From contig CM068750.1 of the NCBI GenBank assembly GCA_035084275.1, positions 9,486,001 to 9,550,000 of the forward strand: a stretch of 64,000 nt of DNA, in the 5' to 3' direction. The notes beneath the pieces are model-generated. The model ran no database searches. It was not told where the DNA came from and was given only the letters and a program-made list of their open reading frames with translations. How positions within the stretch are numbered: position 1 is the first letter of the stretch; every line of letters starts with the position of its first letter. Below, piece by piece: positions 36,390-50,489 of the stretch. The position numbers were made by a program, and so were the translations under genes. Source of the DNA: Hydrolagus colliei. Lineage: Eukaryota.

Positions 36390-37320
36390 ACTAAAGGCTC
36401 TCATCACAGACCCAGACAACTATTGCCTGTTGTCATGTCTCACAACTCTCTTGCAATTGTTCATTTGGGCATTGGCATGGAAAAAACAACCGAGTAAGCA
36501 ATATAATTTCTGTCAATTTATAATTGAAAAGATTTAAAATGCAAGCGATGCCGTCTTTAGTATTTTGCAGGATTTGGAAGAATTGGTTCATAAAAATTAT
36601 TGTGACATTCTTTAACAAACACAATCATAAAAAGCCCTTTGTCAATAAACAGCTACATTAATTTTAACTTTAAAAATTGATAAAATTGATTATCTATATT
36701 TTTTTATGTGCACGCTGGCTCCAGACCATGAATAAACCTTTCATTTACCTTGGTTGCTTTGTTCTATAAAGACGTTAGTAAATGAGCAGCGAACATAGAA
36801 AATTCAGTTCATAGAGAACAGAAATTAAGGAGACCTGGGGTTGGAGGTGGTGGGGGGGAATTCCATTGGTCCGTAAAGTTAGTGACCTCGGCCACGTGTA
36901 CTTGTAATGGGATTTCTCCCATTATAAACTCACACCACTGAGGTTACAATTGCTTAAGGGACCAGTCTCTAATTAACGAGTCTACTCTGGACCCCAGGTT
37001 AGCTAAAGAGATCGCCCCCATATGATGAATATTAAGTGTCACAAGAAAATAGGTTCTGTCAATCATTACTCATGACCCAGTAAAGTGGACTCTAACACAT
37101 TTATTTTATCTCTGATATCCTCTTCGCATTGTTACATCTGTGCTGGATTGACCTGTGCTGGGAATGGCCTATGCCCTGAATCAAACTCCATTGGTCTAAA
37201 TACTAGTATATTGCCAATAGCAAGGTGTAGCCCATTGAGAACAGGTTTCATGCTGGTAATCCTCTGGTTACAGTGCAATGTAAGAGACCTGTGCTGGTAC
37301 TTCTTTCCTGAGATCACTGG
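36390..37320 (-). mobile_element. Possible very decayed LTR-retroelement (Gypsy/ERV) pol remnant
   Basis: The minus strand gives YKYTWPR..(fs)..WNSP near 36905-36855 (cf. QYTWTRLPQGFxNSP). Downstream is SCET*QQAIVVW near 36450-36410 (cf. RNase H CExExLAxxW), in the correct order. Confidence 0.3.
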
Positions 37321-40159
37321 TTAAAGGTGATATTGACATTCATATATTTATTTTCCAACACCATCCTGACTGGTATTTTGGAAGAATACATTTCAAAGAG
37401 GGTTATTAGTGCAGTTCCTTTTTTTTGGCAGCTAGCAACACTCATGGATCAGTCTTTTGTACTGAAGTCAGATAAACAATTCAAGTACTTTCACGTCCAT
37501 TGTTGGTGTGTTAGGTGCCCACCAATCACATACATTCACCAGACTAAGGTGGCAAGCTTGCTACGAAAGAAATACGAGGCTAAATGTGTTATCATGACCC
37601 ACTGGTGCTTAATTGAATAAACTCCAAAATGCATGGGAAATGACCAGTTGCTGAGGATTGGTATTGACTTCTACCTAAATTATCAATGCTACACTCTGTT
37701 GCAATGTGTAATGAAAACGGTGCTTTCACATGATGAACCTTGTGATCATTGGTTAAGATGTGGAGATGCAGTGTATCAAACAGCATTTTGCACAAGATCT
37801 TCTGCGCATTAAAAATCAATGAATCCAAGTCATTCAGACTGCACCAAGTGTTCCTATGGGGATTACAATTGGAATGGAACAGGAGAGGAAAGCAAAATAT
37901 GTGATATATTTAAGTAAATGTACAAATAATATGAAATGAGAGGGCTTCTATTGTTCTGTATCCTGCTGCACTGAGGACACAATTATTCTAGCACTTGAAA
38001 GTTAAGCCTCAAAATCTTAGAAGGCTTTTAAAGCAACTCCACATTTTCCACCTCCATTCCCATATATAGCATGTTTGAAGATGGAGAGGAGAGATGGATG
38101 GCATGGTGCAAGTCAGTATTTGATCCAGTTTTCTCAGGGCACAGGCTTACATTTTATTATCTTTGAGTTTGTTCGCTATATTGTTCATATTTCATTTCTG
38201 AGTTTAGAGTTGGAGATCAGAGTGCGGAATTTGGAATGCCAATTATCGGATCTCTTAGGAGCTCAAACCCTATTGAAATGGAAACCAAAATGACTCATTC
38301 AGATAATTTGCTTCTAATTTGCATATGTTATTGCGCAGCATATTAAATTGGTTGTGGTGGGATTTTGCAAAAGGTGCCTCAGAATAAGATTTGTGGTTTG
38401 CAAGCAGAGCAATGTGGTTTAAACTGGATTTCAGGTAAGCAAAATAAAGCAATGGTAAGGTACTATTGTTCGCAATGAAAGCTCAAGACATTCAATGGAT
38501 TCCTTAATAGTGAATTAAACTTGTTAATTGCACAACATCTTGCAAACCCCAATCAAGTAATATCCGTAAAAACAATGTTAGACACTGTATATTTAATCTT
38601 AACCGTTCACATAATTGAATTGTACTTTGTGTTATTTCACTATGTTATACTCTCTCAACTGATGCCCTTAGGTCTACCGTCTTAACCTATTACGCCTAGT
38701 ACAAGCTACCTACCAGACACATGCACTCTCCTGTCTCCTGCCCTGCAGAAACAGCATGGATAGATTGCCCACATTTCTGACAAGAAGCATTGTGATCTTT
38801 CTCTCAGTGAGAGAGAGTACAATCTTAAAAGTACATCTTAAAAAAAACATACACAAGCTTGTGCTGTTATTCTGCACTGAGCTACTGTCAGTAAAAATAA
38901 AGAGTGTGCAGAATGGTTCAGTGTGTAATGCAGTGCACTGAAATCACTGCAGTATTATGTACTTTGCGTAATCAAATATGGTGCATGACAAGGTCAAAAA
39001 CTCATGCAAATAGGCTGTGCAATTAATTGGCTATGACTGTACTGCTACAGATTTTTTTTACTACATAAACAAAAACTAGGCGGTATTAGTTCTTTGTCTC
39101 ACAATATCAGCCAGGTGTTAGTGAGAAATGACAGTAGCTCTAATATTATTATGTTACAGCCCTTGGAACAAATATGGATAACACAAAATAACTTGTTTGA
39201 AAAAAGCAAGGGCTAGCATCTTTATTTTTGTATATTAGAAAAAAATGCATCTGGTTCTCCCAACCACACTGAATACATTTGTATTTTTTTCCATGATTAG
39301 GGCATGAGTCTTTTTGGGCGTAGGTGGAGTAATAGAATTGTGGAAAGCTCGAAGGGCTAAAAAGTCAGCTAGTGTGCCAATATTACAGTTTCAGCTGTCA
39401 TTTAACAAGATCACAGTAAAAGATGAGGCTGCAGACTCAGAAAAAAATGCACCCAACTTTTAAGGTGATCAAACATGTAGACTGAGGCAGAGACTTATTC
39501 TAATGAGGCAGACTGTCACCAGAATCAGTCTGGATCTCTTCGTTGTCTATTGCAAAACTGTTCTCCCTTTCACTGGGATCAGTGCTAATGCTAAGATATT
39601 GCCACAAGTGTCCCCAGTGAATAGCACTGCATTTTTTTTCTCTCCCTAAACAATTTGCTTACTAGTTTTTGTGTTGTAAATGAGGAAGCCTTCAGTAGTG
39701 ACTTGCTCAGAAGAAATCAATGAAACTTGGATGACAAAGAGAACAGACATTTAATTTAGTATTCCGTTGTGGTGTTCAGTATTATCTTACATTGGAAATG
39801 TGAGCTGAGGGATTGGAATGTTGAGGATAGCACTGAATTAACTGGATTACTTAAGTTTAAATGTTCCAGTAAACTATGATCGTCATAAAGTGATTTTGTC
39901 AGTGTGCAAGTTTTGAATTTTCTTTTGTTGTAATAAGGTGACGATGATTGGTATAGCACATATTTGGAAGATTGTCAATGAACAATAGTTCAAATTAGTA
40001 AACAACGGTTCATTAACACTTTCAATATCCATTAAGTCATTTGCCATTTGTATGTCTTATCCATTGCTACTTTCTATTATCTCTGCCATTGTCTTCACCC
40101 GACCCTTCACCAGGAGCAGTGAACAGGAAGAAGATAGTCCAATAGTAAATAATAATATT

Positions 40160-40375
40160 TAATCCCCACTCCTTGCACTTTGGAGGGAGCCAGGCACATA
40201 AAGTTGAGAGGAACAGTGCCTTTCAAGGCCATGGACAATAGTCTGAGCACCTTACAATTCAGCTGAAGAGCTGGCTTCACCAAATTGGCCAGTTCCGTTA
40301 CTCTAGCCTTTAGCTGGTGAAAGTCCCTCAGACATTTCTCCTCCATGATGTCCTTGAATGTGTACAATCACCTAT
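40160..40375 (-). mobile_element. PIF/Harbinger transposase N-terminal remnant (HARBI1-like)
   Basis: ORF 40107..40367 reads MEEKCLRDFHQLKARVTELANLVKPALQ..LSMALKGTVPLNF. A 1-nt shift continues YVPGSLQSARSGD, matching the Harbinger motif ALxFYxSGSFQxxxGD. Confidence 0.72.
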
Positions 40376-42224
40376 ATACTGCTCTTTGAGTATGATCTAT
40401 CTTCAGGTACGTCTGTTCCCTCTAAAGCAGTTAGGTACCTGGACATGTCTTCACTATGTCTCCAGTTCAATGTCTACAGAGTGTATTTTTGACTATCACT
40501 TGGAAACAGTGTAGATTTTTAATGCTGGGAAACCTGGATTGCTTCTTACTTGTACAAGTTAATGTTGACCACTTTGGCTACATTGCTTCACTGCATTAAT
40601 ACCATCCAAATGTTTGCAAAGGAACTGTGTTGAAAAAAATTATTTTGCCCAGGTTACAATGATTGATTTGTTCTATTGGACTTAGTTAAAATGATTTCGA
40701 CCAGATTTTCATGCATACAGTGAATACAAAGAGAAGATTGCATTTCCTTATCTCAAATTATAATTACAGCCTGCCTTGAGAAGGTATTTGAGCTTATGGT
40801 TTTTAGTTTCTAGTAACTCAGGTTAACTATACTGTGTGCTCCAAAATAAAGCTGGAACCTATTTCATATACACATGACAGGTTATACAGATATGCCTCTG
40901 GAAGATTGTGCATATGCTCCATATACTCCTTAACTATAGAATGTAAATCTTGCGTCTATCTACTTGGTGATAGATTTGTTGTTGGTGTATTATTTTATGC
41001 AAAAATTGACCTCTTTTTGTATTCATAAATTAAAACCAGGATGGCAATTTACTTTCTGCCAGACAAAAAACTCAAATTGAGATACAGTGGGACAGATTTA
41101 TAATGAAATCTTATTTGCCACAACAAAATTTTAAAATATCAAGAGTTTCATTGTGTTTGGAAACTGGCTGATTGATAGTTACTGACGGGCAGTTTGATAA
41201 AATGGAGAAAGCGTTGAGTTCAAGTGTAATTATAGTAAACAGCTCAACTTGAAACTGCTTTATTCTTGACACTGTTTCAAAGGAATACTTTCTAACCTAA
41301 AGAAAGCCCATGGTTAACATTGGGATCTTTAAGCTAGATATATTTTCAAAAGAAGATTGATATCACAAGGCTTCAGATAAAGTAAATGAATACTGTACTT
41401 TTAAAAACTCCAACCAGAAATTCACTCTCTGCAGACAGATGCAACACTCTTTATGAGTGGAGACATCAGTGTCCATTGATCTGTGAGTGAATTTCAATGC
41501 TTCTTGTGAACTAAAATAAGAAAGATTAGTGCTCTGACACTCGTTGTAAAATGTGGTGATTAACTATAGCAGTAGAGTTATTCATTCGGTTGCATGAGAA
41601 ATGGTTTGAAACATTGAAATATTTTCACTGTAAATAGAAATCCATTGAGTCTACGTTCACTGTAAATACATTTTGCTGTATTAAACATTGATTCACCCAA
41701 AGTTTAAACCTAAATTAGAAAAAAAATGTTTTGCCTTTAATGACTTCCATACTGATGTGATAAGACCTCTCACCACATTGGACAGGTTCTGACAGTTAGA
41801 TTATCCAAAAACGTAAAATAATAAAAAGCCTTTGTGGCTGTGATTCCAATCGCTGGCCAAAACTACTTGCCAGTCAATTGCCACTATGAGGAAGATATGT
41901 AGCCGAGTTAGGAAAGTGACCTTGTGGAAAGGGCATATTTCTAATGACTGAGGCCAATCATTGGACAAAGTCAGTTCAGGTATTTGCTGAATAAACTGAA
42001 GCTGCCCTGGTTCAGCTGGCTTCAGATTCAGAATTTGTTTTTATCGCTCATCCCTACTGGCTACTTTCCCTGTGATATGATATACATCACTATTATGGTG
42101 GGAGTAAATAAAATGGAAGGTGATAAAACATTTGAACCAAATCCATAATGTGGGATGAAAGGGCATGAATTCTAAATTAGGAAACCATGAACTAAACCGT
42201 GAACTAAATCAAAATGAACTTCTG

Positions 42225-42505
42225 CCAGCTTAGGGTTAGTGGTGTGCAGAATAAGTTGCCAGATAGTACGATGAATGCTGAGACTGTAGATTATTTTAAA
42301 ATAGAGTTTGATAGATTTCTGCTGTGAGAAGATATAGATAGGTACAAATATAAATCTTGGGCAAGATTGCAATAACTGGGGTTTCAGTGATAGGGACTTA
42401 AAAGATAGTAATGGATCAAGGCTACCTGTAAGACAAATCCATCAGATGAAATGAGTTTAATGGGGTGAAGGGCCTTTTATTATTCCACACCTTTTTATGA
42501 TCTCT
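42225..42505 (+). mobile_element. CR1 LINE 3' end
   Basis: Translates RVSGVQNKLPDSTMNAETVDYFKIEFDRFL (CR1 RVVxxWNxLP..A.TxxxFKxxLDxFL), followed by a CR1-like tail ATGGGGTGAAGGGCCTTTT..TTTTTATGATCT. Confidence 0.72.
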
Positions 42506-42849
42506 CAAGTACATTAGTTTCTACCTGCTGCCTTCATTTAACTTTTTCTACATGACTTTTTTTCTCCCTCCTTCTGTTTTTCCTGTAAAGGCTGAAACGT
42601 TTGCTTTCTATACCAATTCATCTTAGGTTGAGTCCTTTCTATCCTTTGTCCTTAGAATCCCGAGAGCATGACCCTCATTGGCAAAAATGAATGTAACAGC
42701 TAAAATTAAACACTACCTGGCCCTGCATTGTCAATAAGTCATCAAAAAAATACATGCACAGGAACCTTTGGAGTGAAGCTTGGTGTATAAGCCCTAACCT
42801 TCAATGAAGTGTGATGGGTGTTTCTATTTGCTCAAAACTCAATGCACTT

Positions 42850-42959
42850 AATAATAATAAATCTTGCATTTGATATAATGCCTTATCACCGAGATGTATC
42901 AAAATGCTTCAGGGCATATACTGCAAAGTGGAGTGACTGCATATTTTGTGGGTGAAACG
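42850..42959 (-). mobile_element. SINE 3' fragment
   Basis: AATAATAATAAATCTTGCATTTGATATAATGCCTTATCAC..GCTTCAGGGCATATACTGCAAAGTGGAGTGACTGCATATTTTGTGGGTGAAACG. Confidence 0.85.
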
Positions 42960-45900
42960 CTCTTAAACATGAGTGTTAACCTGATCCATAAGAGAGCAAT
43001 TATTAATGCACTTTGAGGGATATGAACTTCTCTATTCAAACTAAATCAAAATTTGGGAGATGCCATAATGCTAATATCTTCTTATAGCATACAAATGCTC
43101 CTATGTTCTTCTCTGTTTTGTAAGCACTGGTGAAACAAATGTCATAAACTATTCATAAAAATGGATAACTATATTGCATTCATGACCTAGGTCAGAAATG
43201 CCCAATTTTCCAGTGAAGATTTTTTTAAAAAAATGGACCATCTCTTCCAATTCCTGTTCACTTCTGTCAGATTAAATCATTGTGTTTTCCTCACCTTTTT
43301 CTACTCTTGATAATGGAAATGATTAAGATATGGTCAGCGTTGTGGGCTGCAATGATTTATGAGCCTGGATGACCATTCCTCATAGATGTACTGTATCATG
43401 GAGATTTTGATCAGTCTGGAGATCTCTTACCAAGTTGTTCATCAACCTTTTCACGGTCAAATCTAGTAAAACTAGAATCATATTTGAAATCTCAGAAAAT
43501 GGGTTAAAACCATTTCTACATAAATAAAGTTGTCCTCAAACGTTTCAATAATAGATTCTACAATAATAGATTCAGCATTTCAGAATTGTTAATAATGCTG
43601 TAGGACATCAAATCCATTGCAGTGACTGAGGCAGAGACATGTGTGGCATTTCTAATTTCTACGACTTCTTAGTTTTATATTGGGTTCAGTACGAGTCTAC
43701 AGACAAAACAAATGAATGCTAGAATGTCAAAAATCCAAGCTATAGCACTCTGAGAGTTATTAGCTGAAACCAAAGACAGGGTGTACAAACCTTAGCAGGT
43801 GTACAGCAATTGGAAGAAATGTATGCTTTGGTTTCAAGTGATCTGGTGTAGTGTATGTGGGCTGAGTAACAGTGATTGAGGAAAGTAAAGATTGCGTATA
43901 GTAGTTATATAAACAGACTACATTGTTTCTGACCACCAAGTACCCAGATAACACTGCTGGCTTACCATCAGCAACAGAGAGAAATATCTGTTTTCAAGTG
44001 GTGATGAGTGATGCTGAGCCATCAATCAACAGCATTCCACATCACGGAATGTGCCAGGAATGCGCCACAATAGTCACGGTTTCTTGCTAATGAATAAAAA
44101 TGCACAGCAACATGGTTATACTCAATAAGGTGCAGAAATGCTACGTGCTGAAATGATGGAGGTGAGTGATTCTGTAGCCTATAGATTCACTAACAAGAGG
44201 AGGGAAGATGTGATGGAGAAGAGTGAGCAGTGAAATGGCAGTTCAAAAAATGTCAGTGTCATTACTGCACAGTAAAAATGCACAGACTGACACTGCCAAC
44301 AACAATGCAAAGAGGCATCCTGCCTCAAGAAGTAGTGATGAGCGAGTTCTAAGACAGATAGCAACAATGGTTATCAATTAAAAAGTTACAACAATAGCCT
44401 CTAATCTCTGGTCCTGTTTGTATTATTTACATGTCTTCCAACCAATACATATTATTGTGGCCATTGTCCTGCCTAAATCAACCCATAATATCATAGTCTT
44501 TGATAATTGTCCTCACTGAGAACTCATTTGAATGAACCTACTCATCCAGAAAGTGATAATTATTATCCTGAGTTCCTAAATACTCACTAGGCTTCCACTT
44601 CATTCCAGTTGTTTGTTTCTATTCTATACTTAGAAGTTTTTCAGCGCTAACATCTCTGTACTGACTATCACTGAGCTTTTTTTTTAGTATTACAGTACAT
44701 AATTTTTTTTGATCATTATTTCTTTTTTGCCATAACTCCAGATGAATTGCATTAGCTTGGACAAAGTATTGCAGGTACTCAAGGATATGAGGACTTCCAA
44801 TGCAATCTTCAATGAGCTCTGAAAAAGCATGAAATTGATATTGAAAAATATCTGTTGAGAGAAAGGTCTATATTATCCGGGGCCAAAAAAACATGCATTT
44901 TATTAATTTCATAATAAACTGCATCAGTGCATTTTTTTAAAACATAAAAGTGTTCCGCTTTCAAGATTCCTTCAATACTAAGGTCAACATCTAAATCTTA
45001 GGAGAGACAGACATTTTATTTTGCTGATCTCTTTGCAACCTAGACATTCCTTCTGATGGGCCATTAGCTCAGCCATCTTAAATGAAAGGTTTCTCTGGAA
45101 CAATCTCCACTAAAGCATGATCTTCAATTCTGTTTGACCTTGTTACCCCTAAAGGAATAGGGATAGGGTATTCCACAGTTCCCTCAGGCCTCCACTATTC
45201 ATAGAAACACTAATGCTTCATATCTTAAGAGAAAAGCTGTACTCTCCAGTCAACTTACTATCCTACAATGCCTTATCACCATGCCTTAGAAGTACTTTCT
45301 ACAACAAATATTTCCAGGTACCAAAGCACACAGATAAGTTCAGATGGAAATGTTTCATTGACAAGGAACATCTCAGCACACCAGGTGGATCGGGTTCATC
45401 AATTCCTTGGATTTAAAGAGTTTCTGTGCATTTAAATGGGACCAACTTCTCTATTAAGACCACTACCAATACAATGTTTCACCACTTGACATTGTGCCAA
45501 GTATTGTATTGCTTGGGAGTATCACTGTGGTTCCTATAATCTACACTTGTACCTGGATGACAAGAGTGTTCATTGGGAAAAAAAAGGCATGTATAATGCA
45601 AGAATGCATGCATATCAGTGCTGCACAAATAGTGTACAACAGTTTATATGCACATGATAGTCACAGCTGGTAAATGAGAATGAGGCAAATGAGTAAATGT
45701 ATTTATCTCTCAAAAAAGATGTACGCTTCCTGTGTAAATGCCTGCTCGTGCTTTCTGCCTGGGCCTACTTCAGCTTTCTGACTGTATGAACCTGGGTTTG
45801 TGTCATTATGTTTACTGTGCAAAAAAAATTGGTCGGCAGTTGCCTTGAGTTCAAATGAAGGACCAATTAGTTTAGAAAGCACTAAATTTGGGTCCCAGGT

Positions 45901-47559
45901 TAAAAATCATTATGTGTTTCCTGATCTTCTTTCCATTAATTCAAATGACATTTATTTTCTTTATCACTAAGTTTTAAATTATAAATTTCCTGAGTGCAGT
46001 GAATTTTACATAAAAGACAAATGTACTTTTGCTGAAGCGTTGTCAGCCCTATATGATAAATTAATAATGACACAGGACTTTATGTTACAGCCCAGAAGAA
46101 CATTTCATGTCGTCTGCTGGCATTTCAAGCAGGGCACAGATTTCTTTACCATTTCCAAACATTACTGTGCTAACACAGATGAATTACCAGAGTTTATAAT
46201 TTACATTATGAATTCATAGAACTGGCAAAAGGGATTAGCGTATTGTATTTCAGGGAAGAAGATGATCCTGTCATTAATGGTCGATACTTTCATCACTGTT
46301 TAAACCTGCAGACTTTTCGCACTGATGGTACTGTGTGGACATATCAGGGATTCACAGCTGTGAGGTTTATCTGGTCATGTACCACTTTGCTCATACTATG
46401 CAGACTTGGACCATCAAAGTGGATTAGACTGTCAATCATGGTGTGCAATGTATATTGTATTATGATATTTTGAAAATGTCAGCAAGATCAGAGTAATTTC
46501 TTGGCTAATTGCATCTTGTCTGCTCTTAATACTATACTTTTAATGGTTTCATTACCTTATGTGCAGTGGTTATTTTTGGGTTCATATTAAGAGCAGTCAC
46601 TCTTCTCATGTTCGAAATAGAAGATGCAAGATTTATTAAATTTTTTAATAATGGATAAAATATTTCATAGGTAAATTCACATTCTGAAAGGTCTAACAAA
46701 TTAAATGCCATGCGAGACACAACAATCATTCCCTGTACATGTTAATTTGAAGGATGCAATTTATTATGAATCTCTCCCAAGCCCTCCTTGTGCTCCATCA
46801 TTTTTTTTTGCACTTTGTGTTATGGTTATGGAGAGCGATAAAATAAAGTTTTATGTTTGTGAAACTCATTTTTCTTTTTATCCTGTGCATATTACTCCAT
46901 TATTTTATATTTCCAACCTTAGGCTTAGTTACTGCATTTCAACCCTGAAGAGCACGTTGTGAATACAGCCAAGAACAGCAAGGAGGGGGAGTAATGCAGC
47001 AGAAAGGGAATTCATTCTTCTCAGGAAATATTTTAACAACAGGAAATATCTTAGGGAACAATTCTGGTGGTTAGTATTTAAGTGTATTAATGAGACAATA
47101 TGTAGAGAATTAGTGATCCACATTATAATGGAACTAAATATGTTACCAAATAGATTATTTTGCAACACTACAGCCTCCTCCATTTAATAAAATAAAGACA
47201 ACACATTTTTTAAAAAACATGGCCATTTGGAAACGGAACTGCATAAATGCTCCCTGAAGTTATTCCACAATTGAACAATTGACAGGCTTGTCAAATTATT
47301 GGTTTTGCACATTACAAATGTGGCCATATGAAAACAGGGCTAAATTATTTGCTAATGTGCTTCTATACTATTGGCATTGTGTGCTGCATTCTAATATTTT
47401 GTTTCAATTTTTTTCTACTAGTATTTTTATGCATCAATGCATTTTGTGTCCATGTAAATTAGGCACCTTGGTGCAGATTGTAATCGATTCACAAGAATGA
47501 AAACAGTAAATAAATGTGGAGAATGAAAGGGAGTCCATTAGCAGAGGTAGAGAAGGAAA

Positions 47560-47905
47560 ATTATTTGAGTGTGATTATTGATCATTCACAGAAGGTTCGC
47601 AGTTAATATGAAGCAGTTGTTAACAAAGCTAATCAAATACTCGACTGCATCTCAAGGGCATCTTACTAGACCTCAAAAAGAATTTGAGAAGTTAACTGCA
47701 CCTTATTTGGAACATGATTGGAAACACATTTGGGGTACAGTATTGTGTACAGTTTCAGTTACTCATGTTCAAAAAGATATGTGGTCTGAGAAAGAATTCA
47801 GGATGATTCCAGGAGGGCTAACGTATGTAGTTCACTGAGCTGAATGAACTTTTCGTATCAGAAAAAAACCCTTCAAAAGGAATATGATTTTCTAGACTTT
47901 TCAAA
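47560..47905 (+). mobile_element. CR1 LINE ORF2 C-terminal remnant
   Basis: ORF 47578..47838 contains APYLEH..HVQKDM..FRMIPG, a decayed VRPHLEY..KKDI..FTRMIPG. Confidence 0.55.
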
Positions 47906-47915
47906 TGCTGATAGT

Positions 47916-48112
47916 CAACTACAACAACAAATTACATTTGTTCAGTGTCTTTAACATCAAGAGGATGTCCTAAGGTACTGGACAGTCAGGGATCAGCATC
48001 TGAGCTGGTGATTGGGATCAGGAGGGGTAGAGGGTGGGGAGTGTAGGGATAGGAGGGTGATCAAAGGCACGGTTGAAGAAGAAAGTCTTGAAGCAGGCAG
48101 GAGAGGGGTGAG
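47916..48112 (-). mobile_element. L2 LINE 3' end with type-B tail
   Basis: The minus strand has CTTCAAGACTTTCTTCTTCAACCGTGCC (FKTFFFNRA) and ends CTGTCCAGTACCTTAGGACATCCTCTTGATGTTAAAGACAC..AAATGTAATTTGTTGTTG, matching 13620-13689. Confidence 0.78.
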
Positions 48113-48279
48113 GCAAATAAAACAAAATTTAAATAAAAAATTTAAAGCAGACTACTTGACTTTAACTGAGCACATAACTGGATAACTAAACTCTTTTTCA
48201 GCAACTCAGTAGTAATAACAATTGATGATCAGTTGCAACAGAATTTAGACCATCAGGGTAACTTTATTGATCACCACAA

Positions 48280-48450
48280 GTACCAGTGAAGCAGGCTGTT
48301 GCACTCACTCTCAATTGTAACTGGCACCTTTCAGACTGCAGCCATCATTGCAAGCACATGTATCAATCAGTCAATGGTGTCCAAGCAGTCATTGCTGCAT
48401 TGCTCAGACACCATCTATGCTGTTCTCAATGTTCTCATGAAGTCAAACAG
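48280..48450 (+). mobile_element. PIF/Harbinger transposase remnant
   Basis: PVKQAVAL(fs)..VTGTFQTAAIIASTCINQSMVSK resembles the Harbinger/HARBI1 HTH region ALxFxATGSFQ..ISQSxVSR. Confidence 0.55.
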
Positions 48451-49529
48451 GCATTTTGACATTTCTAACCTGACTAACAGATTAAATGGGCTGTACCGAT
48501 GAGTTTAACTGCACAACTGCCAATAATTCACAAACCTACATTCATTAAATAAAGCTCCTATTTTATGATTGTGTCTGAGCTGCCAAAAAATCACAGATGT
48601 GTGTACATTTCCCCAGCAGTATCCAAACATCTTCTCCCTGACTACTTCAAGCCCTGGAAAGATGTTGAAGGAAGTAAAATGAATGGTACGTGGCTGCGAG
48701 GTAAGACATCAACCTACAGATGTCAGTGTCCGTATTCCGTCTATGCACACTACAGTATAATGTTATCCTCTCTCTGGCAGGTGACAGAGTCAATGACCTG
48801 AAACTATGGCTCATGGCTTCAGTGCCAAATCTCAAAACTTCCACAAGAGAGTTATAATAGTACTCATATGATCACAGAGATAGTCACACAGTGCACATTT
48901 GGCTCATTTGGCATTCTGAAAATGCAATTCAGATGTTTAGATTTCACAAGAGGCAAATTACAATAAAATGCTAGGGAGGTCTGTGAATACTCGTGTCTCT
49001 TGTAAAATATGCCAGCGTTTCATGGCATTACTGTCAATTTGTCTAATGACAATAATGACAAGATGGATGGCAGAGGTGGACAACCAAAACGATGCATAGA
49101 AACAGGATCGTGCAGCCACTGGGGATGTTTGCAATGCAATTTACAAACACTTTATATGAGAGGGATTGAGCTCCACCACAAGATGTTTGTGTGTAAAACA
49201 CCAGTTAAAGGACGTTCAACTACAATATAATGAATTGTGCTGACTGCGAGCTCTAGTGAATACAAATATTTTCAACATGTGCTGTAATTATTTGGATAAT
49301 TTTGTCTTGTGTATTTTTATTCTGGGAATTGTGGGGGGTGGGGATGGTGCTGTGATGTTATTGTGATTGTAGTACTTTCCATGTCCTACTCTCTCTTGTA
49401 CTTTCTGGGTGAAGGTACAGTAGGCAACAGGCATTATATAAATGCAACTTCTCATTGTTTTTATGGCAAAGTGGAGGAGGGTAGTGAACTGGGGCTGTGC
49501 TGTAACTATTATATTACTATTATTGTTAA

Positions 49530-50150
49530 TGTAACTCAATAGCTAAAGCATCAGAATCTGCCTTATGGCTGGCCCCAAACTAGTTTGTGCCTATTACCTA
49601 TCATTTCTCATCAACGTATGCTTAACTCTCCACTTAAGTTTATTCCGCAGTTGTTTTGCCTGGCTCTGCACGTCAGGGTTCATGTTTAACTAGTTATGAT
49701 AGCTGCCCTTTTTTAAATTAACTACTCAGTTTGACAACAATCTCGCAGATATTCCATGAAACTTTGATCCTGACACTTTAATTGCCTTCCCACGTAGATT
49801 GCCTTTGTTCCTTGTGACCTCTGCAACAAAGAATTCAAGCTTCTTTCTTCATATGAGGTTCTTGGCACAACTGCTGAAAATGCACCTTTATTCAGTCATT
49901 TTCCTTCTGGGTTAGATTTTGAAGTCATCCCATTACTTCTTGAAATTTACAGTTTAGTTGCTTATCAAGGTGAAGGACATGACACCTGAGTAACAGAGCA
50001 AATTCTGTGTCCAGATCCAGACATCCATGTTTAGCTTTAGCAAGACCTCAATCTCTCGGGTCTATCTCATTATTCTCCTCTAATCCTGGAGTGAACAAGG
50101 GTCATAGACTATGCTTCTGTTTGAAAACAGTTTGCATATCTTGTGCATCC
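49530..50150 (-). mobile_element. CR1 LINE 3' remnant
   Basis: The minus strand contains SYEERSLNSLL..NLRGKAIKV (CR1 SYEERLxxL..RLRGDLI), followed by a CR1-like 3' UTR. Confidence 0.55.
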
Positions 50151-50191
50151 TGTTCATGAGATCACCTTTCTATCCATGTATCTATCCATCC

Positions 50192-50489
50192 GTGGAGTCC
50201 TGTAGCTCAGTGGTTAGAGCACTTGCCTTGCAAGCGAGCAACCTGGGTTTGATTCCAGACAGGGCGAAACCTTGAACAAGTTTCCTTACTTCACACGCCT
50301 GATAATAATCCCTCAACAAATAAATAATAATAAAATTGGTAATTTCAATCCACGACTGTTTGTGGGACATTGCTGTGCGGTTCGCCCACAAATATACAGT
50401 CAATTCACTTTAAAGTATATTCTGTGAAGAGCTTTGAAACATCTAGAAAATGTGAAAAGCGCTATATCAAATGGAAGGATTATTATTAT
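50192..50489 (+). mobile_element. Near full-length tRNA-derived SINE with L2-type tail
   Basis: GTGGAGTCCTGTAGCTCAGTGGTTAGAGCACTTGCCTTGCAAGCGAGCAACCTGGGTTTGATTCC (A box, anticodon-like arm, B box) ... GCGCTATATCAAATGGAAGGATTATTATTAT. Confidence 0.93.

Noticed and set aside
46243-46473. Possible RTE-LINE remnant (also GRGGQPKR at ~49070)
   Set aside because: Only vague short motifs, insufficient to call.
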